Source of the DNA: Rhodothermales bacterium
GTDB taxonomy: Bacteria; Bacteroidota; Rhodothermia; Rhodothermales; VXPQ01
Reading direction: 5' to 3'
Assembly: GCA_040904565.1 (NCBI GenBank)
Contig: JBBDTI010000070.1
Location: forward strand, 1 to 19,007
DNA length: 19,007 nt
Below the pieces are notes generated by a model. It had not been told where the DNA came from, did not search any database, and saw only the letters and a program-made list of their open reading frames with translations. The position numbers were made by a program, and so were the translations under genes. Shown in pieces: positions 1 to 5,971 of this stretch; the first letter of the stretch is position 1, and each line of letters opens with the position of its first letter.

Positions 1-477
1 CTCATACCCTTTCTGACTCCCTGGGAGTTCTGGCAGTTCGTCGGTGATGCGTACGGGGTGCCCCGGGAGGAGCAGAGGTTGAGGCTGTACGAGTTCGCAG
101 ACTTCGTCGAGCTGCCGTCGCACGTGCAACGGAAGAAGAAATTTATCCGCGATTTTTCGCAGGGACAGCGGAAAAAGATCGGTCTCGTCGCAGCAATTAT
201 GGTTCGTCCGCGACGGCTCGTGCTGGACGAGCCGTTCACCCATCTCGACCCCCGTTCGCGCGCGAGATTCGAGGAACTGGTTCTATCGCTGCATGCCTCG
301 CATGGAACGGCGACGGTCATATCGAGTCACGACCTCGAACACGTGGTGGACGTGAGCGATCGGGTTCTGCTCATCGAGGAAGGGAGGATCCTCTTCGATG
401 GCAGCGTAGACAGGAATACCCTGCACGTCATCCGGACTCATCTCACGGGCCGGCCATTACCTCCGGCATCACGCTGA
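1..477 (+). CDS. ABC transporter ATP-binding protein (5'-truncated by window edge)
   Basis: Frame is open from base 1 (LIPFLTPWEFWQFVGDAYG...), so the true start lies upstream of the window. Shows a signature-like FSQGQRKK, Walker B LVLDEPF and H-loop ISSHDL. Walker A lies outside the window. Confidence 0.9.
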   Translation, partial: LIPFLTPWEFWQFVGDAYGVPREEQRLRLYEFADFVELPSHVQRKKKFIRDFSQGQRKKIGLVAAIMVRPRRLVLDEPFTHLDPRSRARFEELVLSLHASHGTATVISSHDLEHVVDVSDRVLLIEEGRILFDGSVDRNTLHVIRTHLTGRPLPPASR

Positions 478-489
478 CATGATCGCACC

Positions 490-1185
490 GTGGCCATCCG
501 CTCCGATACCGCCTCGCCGAGCGATCGCTCGCTTCACCGCCGCCGCAATGCAGCGTGGGCGGAATTCTGGCTGCTCCTGGCCTGTTATTCGGTGCTTTAC
601 GTCGCCATCGCCGTCCTTGTGGAGCGCCACGTGGTGACGTCCGACGTGATCTCGCGATCCTGGCCGGTAGACGGACTGGAAGATCGGTTCGATGCATTCG
701 CCGCCCAACGGAGAACGTGGACGATCGTAGGCTATGCCATTACACCTGCCTTTCTGGTAACGAAGGTCGGGTTCACGGCCGTCTGTCTGGCAGCCGGCTG
801 TGCCATCGCCTACTGGGACGTCGCTCTCGCCGACCTGTTCAGACTGTCCGCGCAATGTGAGGTTATCTGGGTCGTGGCGGCAGTGATCCAGCTGATCTGG
901 GCCGTCACGTTCATTCGTGTCGAGACCGTTGCCGATTATACGGGCTTTTATCCACTTTCGGCTCTGAATCTCTTCGACCTCATGGAGGACGAACTATGGG
1001 CGTCCTATCTCCTCAGATCCCTCAATCTGTTTGAGGTGCTCTACGTGGGTGCGCTCGCGCTCGGGCTCCGCGCGATGATTCCGAGACCGATCGCGCACGT
1101 CGTCGGTCTCGTTGCGGCAGCGTACGGGACCGGCCTCTTCTTATTCGTCGCAGCCGTCACGTTCTTGCTGATGGCTCTCATGTAG
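490..1185 (+). CDS. Integral membrane protein of unknown function (about 5 TM segments) in the peptide-export cluster
   Basis: 231 aa with several long hydrophobic stretches (e.g. FWLLLACYSVLYVAIAVLV, VVGLVAAAYGTGLFLFVAAVTFLLMALM). Packed 12 nt after the ATPase and 10 nt before the next gene. GTG start is uncertain. Confidence 0.75.
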   Translation: MAIRSDTASPSDRSLHRRRNAAWAEFWLLLACYSVLYVAIAVLVERHVVTSDVISRSWPVDGLEDRFDAFAAQRRTWTIVGYAITPAFLVTKVGFTAVCLAAGCAIAYWDVALADLFRLSAQCEVIWVVAAVIQLIWAVTFIRVETVADYTGFYPLSALNLFDLMEDELWASYLLRSLNLFEVLYVGALALGLRAMIPRPIAHVVGLVAAAYGTGLFLFVAAVTFLLMALM

Positions 1186-1195
1186 GTGACCGGAT

Positions 1196-1717
1196 ATGAA
1201 GCGTCTCCTCATCATGGCGGGTGTAGCAGCCGTTGTCGTCGGCGTCTTCCTACTGGGTATCCAGACGCTGAAGGTTCTCGATGCAAGGAGAGAAACGTCC
1301 GCGCTGCGCTCCGTGCTTCCCGACGCAGATCTGGTCGACGCGGACGGACTTCCGACACGGATTCCCTCCGGATCCGCCGGCGGTACCGTCGTCGTCTTCT
1401 TTACGACGACGTGCGAGTATTGCCGCGCAGAGATCGCAGCGATGACCCGGCATGCGAAAGCCTTCGGGGATGCCGACGTCGTCCTGATATCTCCGGAGGA
1501 TCGACGGCGCCTCGACGCGCTGAATCGGGAATTCCAACTGGACGGCCTACCTCGGTTCTGGGTGCTTCGCGATACGATACCCGGTCTTGGACGCCGGCTA
1601 CGCATTCGGCTCGTCCCAACCGTGCTTGTTTACGATAGCGGGGGGCGACTCCAGCACGAATTTGAAGGGTGGACGCCTGTTGAGACCATTCTCCGGACCA
1701 TGAAGGGGGCGCCATAA
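1196..1717 (+). CDS. Membrane-anchored thioredoxin-fold protein (TlpA/redoxin-like, CxxC)
   Basis: N-terminal signal/TM anchor (MKRLLIMAGVAAVVVGVFLLG), beta-strand plus active site VVVFFTTTCEYC, and cis-Pro-type loop LVPTVLVYD. Stop overlaps the next start (TAATG). Confidence 0.85.
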   Translation: MKRLLIMAGVAAVVVGVFLLGIQTLKVLDARRETSALRSVLPDADLVDADGLPTRIPSGSAGGTVVVFFTTTCEYCRAEIAAMTRHAKAFGDADVVLISPEDRRRLDALNREFQLDGLPRFWVLRDTIPGLGRRLRIRLVPTVLVYDSGGRLQHEFEGWTPVETILRTMKGAP

Positions 1718-3816
1718 TGCTCGGGCGTGGTCGAACGAATACACAGGTTCGTCAGGCACAACGGTCCATCGTCCGACAGTTCGACGAGGCCGACTGCGGG
1801 CCGGCGTGTCTCGCCTGGATCCTGCGCTATTTCGGTGGGGAAGGATCGATGGAGAGACTTCGTACGCTGTCCGGCACGACGGCGTACGGTACGACGATGC
1901 TCGGTCTCCATCAGGCAGCACGACACGTCGGCCTCGATTCCGCGGCGTACAGGGGCGACCTTCCCGATCTGTTCCAGCTCGACGAGCCTGCCGTTCTGCA
2001 CGTTACGATGCCCGGGAATCGGCAGCATTTCATGATTTGCTTTGGTTCTGCCGCCGGTCGCCTGATCGTGGGTGATCCAGCGACGGGCGTGTCTCGAATG
2101 ACGCCGGAGGCACTGGGGGCCGTCTGGAAGAGTCGTGCACTCATCATCCTCACGCCGAACGCCCGATTCCAGAGCCGCCGTCAGAAGGCCGTCGCAAAGC
2201 GGCAATGGTTGCTCTCGGCCGTGCGCGAGGATGCACCCGTCTTACTGCTGTCCACGCTGATCGGGGCCGTCATATCCGTATTCGGACTCGCGCTCGCCAT
2301 CTTTTCCAGAGAGTTGATCGATGATATCCTGCCAAGACGAGATGTCTCAAAACTCCTCGTAGGCATCGTGCTCCTTTTCCTCGTTCTTGTCCTGCAGGCA
2401 GGCGTGAGTGTGGTACGCACCCTGCTTCTGCTCAGACAGGCCCGAGACTTCAACATCCGCATCACGAATCGTTTCCTGGCCGAGCTCCTGCGTCTGCCCT
2501 TCACCTTCTTCAGTTCACGTAAGACAGGCGATCTCATCGCCCGCCTGAACGACACCGAACGCCTCCAGCAGGCCGTAACGGACGTTCTGGGAAATATCGT
2601 CGTCGACGGTCTTGTGGTGGCGGTCGGATTCTTTTTCGTCATGTTCTACAGCGTCCCTATCGCCGTGGCCCTCGTTCTGTTGCTCGCGGTGATGGGCGTT
2701 TCGACGCGCCGCTTCCATCACCCGATCGTGAAGGGGCAGCATCGAATGATGGCCGCTCATTCGATCAACAAGAGCGGCTACGTAGAGGTTATTCAAGCTG
2801 TCGAGACGATCAAGTCAAGCAACGCGGAGGCTCACTATGCCCGATGGATGGAGGAGACGTACGCACGCTTGCAGCATGAAATATTCAGGTTGGGGAAGCT
2901 CGGAATAGCCTTCTCGGCGACGGTCGACCTCGTCGGAGCCGCTGCCGTTGTGGGCGTGCTTTCCTGGAGCTCCTTTCTCGTGCTCGATGAATCGATCGGT
3001 CCGGGATCTCTCGTTGCCCTGCTCCAGATAGCCGGTATGATCGTTCAGTCGGCCAGAAATCTGGCTACGGCAAACGTTCGATTTCAGGAAGCTTCCGTTG
3101 CATTCGATCGCATGTTTCAGCTGACCTCACTGGAGCCGGAATACAACCCGAACGTAGAGGCGACTAAACGCTCGGTGCGCGTGGTTCACGGGCTAACGGT
3201 GGAAGACCTCCGCTTTCGGTATCCCGGTCGCGATCCGCTGTTCGAACACGTCTCCTTCGATTGTCGGTGCGGCGATCTCCTTCTGCTGATTGGACGAACC
3301 GGATCCGGTAAGTCGACTCTCCTGAAAATCCTTCAGCGGTTGCTCCATCCCGAGTCGGGCCGCATTCGGGTAAATGGCCGAGATTGGCTTGACTATTCGA
3401 TGCAATCGTGGCGGGACGCGGTCGGGGTCGTTCCGCAACACGTTCGGCTGTTTAGCGGAACGCTTCTCGACAATATTTGCCTCGGCCGATCCCTCGACCC
3501 CGATGAACTGGTGGAGCGATGCAATCGATTCGGATTGCAGCATTGTTTTGAGGGCCTTCCTGCCGGCTACGCCACGGTCGTAGGCGAGGGAGGCGTGGGC
3601 CTCTCCGGAGGTCAGCGCCAGCTCGTCGGCCTCGCGAGAGCCCTCGTCCGTCCATCCAGGATCCTCCTCCTCGATGAACCTACCGCCGGCATGGACGACG
3701 AGACGGCCGAATTCGTGAGGCAGCTGATCGACCGAATCCGGTGTGGGAAGATCGTCATCGTAGCCTCGCACGCATCAACATTTCGGCCCCACGCGAATTG
3801 TACGTACCGGATGTAG
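1717..3816 (+). CDS. Peptidase-containing ABC transporter (PCAT; C39 peptidase + TMD + ATPase; SunT/LanT/ComA type)
   Basis: C39 motifs QFDEADCGPACL (catalytic Cys), QHFMI (His) and IVGDPA (Asp). TMD contains FFSSRKTGDLIARLND. Walker A GRTGSGKST, signature LSGGQRQ, Walker B ILLLDEPT, H-loop ASH. Confidence 0.95.
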   Translation: MLGRGRTNTQVRQAQRSIVRQFDEADCGPACLAWILRYFGGEGSMERLRTLSGTTAYGTTMLGLHQAARHVGLDSAAYRGDLPDLFQLDEPAVLHVTMPGNRQHFMICFGSAAGRLIVGDPATGVSRMTPEALGAVWKSRALIILTPNARFQSRRQKAVAKRQWLLSAVREDAPVLLLSTLIGAVISVFGLALAIFSRELIDDILPRRDVSKLLVGIVLLFLVLVLQAGVSVVRTLLLLRQARDFNIRITNRFLAELLRLPFTFFSSRKTGDLIARLNDTERLQQAVTDVLGNIVVDGLVVAVGFFFVMFYSVPIAVALVLLLAVMGVSTRRFHHPIVKGQHRMMAAHSINKSGYVEVIQAVETIKSSNAEAHYARWMEETYARLQHEIFRLGKLGIAFSATVDLVGAAAVVGVLSWSSFLVLDESIGPGSLVALLQIAGMIVQSARNLATANVRFQEASVAFDRMFQLTSLEPEYNPNVEATKRSVRVVHGLTVEDLRFRYPGRDPLFEHVSFDCRCGDLLLLIGRTGSGKSTLLKILQRLLHPESGRIRVNGRDWLDYSMQSWRDAVGVVPQHVRLFSGTLLDNICLGRSLDPDELVERCNRFGLQHCFEGLPAGYATVVGEGGVGLSGGQRQLVGLARALVRPSRILLLDEPTAGMDDETAEFVRQLIDRIRCGKIVIVASHASTFRPHANCTYRM

Positions 3817-3961
3817 CTGGAGCGAGGCGGTGCGCCAGTAGGACATCGGAGGAGACGGGGTCCGACTTCTTCCGACAGCCGATGATTTGGTCGACGCCGA
3901 TGCCGTCCTCCGATACTCGACAGCACGTTGAGGAGCAGGATAACATGAACGATACGATGGC

Positions 3962-4004
3962 AAGAAAGAAAGCCCGGCCTCCTGGGGAAGCCGGGCTCTT
4001 TTCT
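3962..4004 (-). terminator. Intrinsic terminator, best on the - strand and probably bidirectional
   Basis: Minus strand reads AGCCCGGCTTCC-CCA-GGAGGCCGGGCT followed by TTCTTTCTT (12-bp stem with one G-U pair). On the + strand the stem is followed by CTTTTCT and could end the PCAT operon. Confidence 0.85.
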
Positions 4005-4030
4005 GGGGTGGTGTTTCTGGCGGTGGTTCC
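3963..4030 (-). ncRNA. Candidate small RNA (~65-70 nt)
   Basis: Bounded by a sigma28-like promoter (4037-4063) and the terminator. No ATG-started ORF on this strand within it. The 5' part is a tandem ACCACC(G)CCAGAAA repeat. Confidence 0.5.
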
Positions 4031-4036
4031 CTATTC

Positions 4037-4063
4037 GTATCGGCGCAAGTTGCGAACGCTTAA
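4037..4063 (-). promoter_or_regulatory. sigma28 (FliA/SigD)-like promoter
   Basis: Minus strand TTAAG (4063-4059), 14 nt, GCCGATAC (4044-4037). Matches the established T(A/C)AAG-N14-GCCGATAA consensus, and a second copy occurs at 15023-15049. Confidence 0.65.
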
Positions 4064-4112
4064 GTAGGCTTTCAAAAAAATAAGCGATTTCTGAAACGCG
4101 CCCTGATGTAGA

Positions 4113-4457
4113 TCATGCATCATTGCGGTCGTGGACGTATTTCGCAATCTGCACGCGTTCGGTGGTAATGAGTCCCTGACGGACGACGGTGTCTAGATAC
4201 TCAAGGAGACGCACCACCCTTTCCTCGGCGTCGACGATCTCAATCACCACGGGCAAATCTTCCGAGAGCCGGAGCCATTTCGCAGAGTGAATGCGGCTGG
4301 CCGCGCCGTATCCCATGATGCCCCGAAGCACCGTAGCTCCGGCAACGCCCAGTTCGCGTGCTTTCAGCACGATCTGCTCATATAGCGGCTTTCCGTCCAG
4401 CCGGTCCGATTCACCGATGTAAATTCGGATTAGAATCCCCTCTTCGGGTAGCGTCAT
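4113..4457 (-). CDS. DUF190 family (PII-like) protein
   Basis: RIYIGESDR..KPLYEQIV..GVAGATVLRGIMGYG..RIH..LSEDLPVVIEIVD is the DUF190 pattern. Start overlaps the crcB stop (ATGA), the known crcB-DUF190 pairing. Confidence 0.92.
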   Translation of the reverse strand: MTLPEEGILIRIYIGESDRLDGKPLYEQIVLKARELGVAGATVLRGIMGYGAASRIHSAKWLRLSEDLPVVIEIVDAEERVVRLLEYLDTVVRQGLITTERVQIAKYVHDRNDA

Positions 4458-4846
4458 GAGCCACCTCCAAGTGCGGTAAGGAAACGCACCAGCATCAACC
4501 CGAGCACGACGGCAAGGATTCCACCCACGTTGCTGGCCAGCACGTTGACGATCGCCAGAGAGATTTCCCCGCCGCGGAAGAGGTTGATCGTTTCTATGCC
4601 GAACGTAGAAAACGTTGTGAACGCGCCCAGTATCCCGGTGAGAATGAACGTGCGCGACGCAGGTGAGGCGGATGAGCCTTCAACGAGTGCCCAGACGATG
4701 CCGATGAAGAAACAGCCCAGGATGTTGACGGCCAACGTTCCCCAGGGAAAGGATGGACCGAGGATGCGATAGGCGACACCCGATACGGCATATCTCATGA
4801 GCGCACCAACGGCCCCGCCCGCACTGACGAGTAAAATTATCTGCAT
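4454..4846 (-). CDS. crcB: Fluoride efflux channel Fluc/CrcB
   Basis: Motifs GGAVGALMRY, FPWGTLAVNILGCF and TGILGAFTTFSTF; 4 TM segments in 130 aa. Confidence 0.96.
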   Translation of the reverse strand: MQIILLVSAGGAVGALMRYAVSGVAYRILGPSFPWGTLAVNILGCFFIGIVWALVEGSSASPASRTFILTGILGAFTTFSTFGIETINLFRGGEISLAIVNVLASNVGGILAVVLGLMLVRFLTALGGGS

Positions 4847-4883
4847 GTAGTCGGTTTTGTTTTGACCCTACGGTAACTACAAC

Positions 4884-4912
4884 ATGATACGGTGCGCCCG
4901 GGATGAGGTCTA
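4884..4912 (-). promoter_or_regulatory. Candidate sigma70 promoter for crcB-DUF190
   Basis: Minus strand TAGACC (4912-4907), 17 nt, TATCAT (4889-4884). Lies between the osmC-like terminator and the crcB ATG. Confidence 0.5.
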
Positions 4913-4932
4913 CCGTCACAAATCCCGTTGTC

Positions 4933-4974
4933 AAACAAAGAAGCCCCCGGTGCAGGCTCGACACCGGGGGCTTC
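4933..4974 (-). terminator. Intrinsic terminator after the OsmC-like gene
   Basis: Perfect 13-bp stem GAAGCCCCCGGTG / CACCGGGGGCTTC with a 9-nt loop, followed by TTTGTTT on the - strand, 15 nt after the stop codon. Confidence 0.9.
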
Positions 4975-4989
4975 GCCGTTGAAGACGGA

Positions 4990-5529
4990 CTACCCTGCCG
5001 TAACGGTACCCTTTGCACCGACCAGTTCCGTCTGGACGTCCAGTGGCCTGGTCAAGATGCTCCCGACAGGAGACGTTTTCAGAACGTGATCGTGCAGCTC
5101 CTGCAGCTCCTCATCCGACGCGTCGGCGTCGAGATGAACGCGCGTCCTTATTCTACTGAATCCGGCAGGCGTCTCGTCGGACAGCCCGAAGAAGCCGGCC
5201 AGGTCCAGGTCTCCCTCTACCTCGACGCGGATCTCGTTTACCGTGATTCCTCGCACGGAAGCATTCAACGAGTAGCCGACGGTAAGACACGAACCGTAGG
5301 CTGCCAGGACCTGCTCCACCATGTTCGGCGCCGTGTTCGTTCCACCGAGTTGTTCGGGCTCGTCCATCTCCACCGCATGATCCCGGATGACGTTGTGACA
5401 CTGGAATCCACCCTTCCAGGTTGTGACGGCCGCCCATACGGTCTGGCCCGCATCCGGATTGTCCTTCACGTGATTCACGAGACCGAGGCAATCAGCCACG
5501 GGTACGCCGTTGAGCTTTTGATCTGACAT
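4990..5529 (-). CDS. OsmC/Ohr-like family protein (single conserved Cys subtype)
   Basis: Motifs MDEPEQLGGTNTAPNMVEQVLAAYGSCL, EGDLDLAGFFGL..PAGF and KTSPV. Start placed at ATG 5529 (MSDQKLNGV), because the longer ORF-track start at 5598 lies in a terminator U-tract. Confidence 0.9.
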   Translation of the reverse strand: MSDQKLNGVPVADCLGLVNHVKDNPDAGQTVWAAVTTWKGGFQCHNVIRDHAVEMDEPEQLGGTNTAPNMVEQVLAAYGSCLTVGYSLNASVRGITVNEIRVEVEGDLDLAGFFGLSDETPAGFSRIRTRVHLDADASDEELQELHDHVLKTSPVGSILTRPLDVQTELVGAKGTVTAG

Positions 5530-5591
5530 TGAAAGGTTTTGCAGTTTGAGGGATAGATCGTGAAAGCGACCGCACCTAACAGGTGCGCCTG

Positions 5592-5631
5592 AAAACAAAA
5601 AAAGCCCGCCACCTGCAAGAGGTGAGCGGGC
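5592..5631 (-). terminator. Attenuator terminator in the 5' leader of the OsmC-like gene
   Basis: Minus strand GCCCGC(T)CACCT-CTTGC-AGGTGGCGGGC followed by TTTTTTTGTTTT. It lies about 60 nt upstream of the osmC-like ATG on the same strand. Confidence 0.88.
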
Positions 5632-5694
5632 CTGACAACTTGAATCCGTCCTGGATTACGTCGTGTCTACCATGCTACACTCGCCTCCCGCAGG
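5612..5694 (-). promoter_or_regulatory. Antiterminator helix, mutually exclusive with the 5592-5631 terminator
   Basis: Minus strand CCTGCGGGAGGCGAGTG (5694-5678) pairs with CGCTCACCTCTTGCAGG (5628-5612): 13 Watson-Crick pairs, 3 G-U pairs and 1 mismatch. The partner covers most of the terminator 5' arm, its loop and part of its 3' arm. Confidence 0.75.
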
Positions 5695-5763
5695 AACGCC
5701 GTAACAGCGATGACAGGGCATCGCCGCACAACACATATCCCGACAGGTCACGAACCGCGGCAT
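5656..5763 (-). CDS. Cys/Met-rich leader peptide (35 aa, MPRFVTCRDMCCAAMPCHRCYGVPAGGECSMVDTT)
   Basis: 6 Cys (all TGT) and 4 Met in 35 codons. It contains the antiterminator 5' strand, and its stop lies 24 nt before the terminator stem. An alternative start at ATG 5736 gives 26 aa. Confidence 0.65.
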   Translation of the reverse strand: MPRFVTCRDMCCAAMPCHRCYGVPAGGECSMVDTT

Positions 5764-5971
5764 CGGATGAAGAAGTAATCTGGTAGGCTGGCGTATAACA
5801 CGTCGCTTGCCAGCTATATATGTAATGCACGCACGTCTCGATGGCAACGGCGCGGCGCGGTGGTAGCGCTTCCATTATGTATAATTCACAAAATATGGAG
5901 ACGCGTTCGTCCGAATTCCGATATCGCGGGACCATATTGGACCTGTACACCCGATTCACAGAGGTAAGCAG

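Noticed and set aside
3814-3885. Premature stop or read-through at the PCAT C-terminus (YRM*LERGG)
   Set aside because: All ATPase motifs through the H-loop and following strand are present before the TAG, and the downstream frame soon loses resemblance. Treated as a naturally short C-terminus.
4903-5526. 207-aa + strand ORF, and other long antisense ORFs such as 16074-16952, 17049-17888, 12710-13315 and 15126-15623
   Set aside because: They overlap well-supported genes on the opposite strand and show no family motifs; such shadow ORFs are expected in GC-rich DNA.
5656-5763. Cys-rich peptide as PCAT substrate or metallothionein
   Set aside because: It has no N-terminal GG-type leader (GG lies 8 residues from the C-terminus), sits on the opposite strand in another transcription unit, and overlaps an antiterminator.
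5592-5800. Known riboswitch (SAM-I, TPP, cobalamin) upstream of the osmC-like gene
   Set aside because: A leader terminator suggested one, but I could not find the SAM-I (ATCNAGAG...GCAACC...GTGC), TPP (CTGAGA) or cobalamin (GGGAA...GCCACTG) cores. The uORF plus antiterminator explains the layout better. Not confirmed by Infernal.
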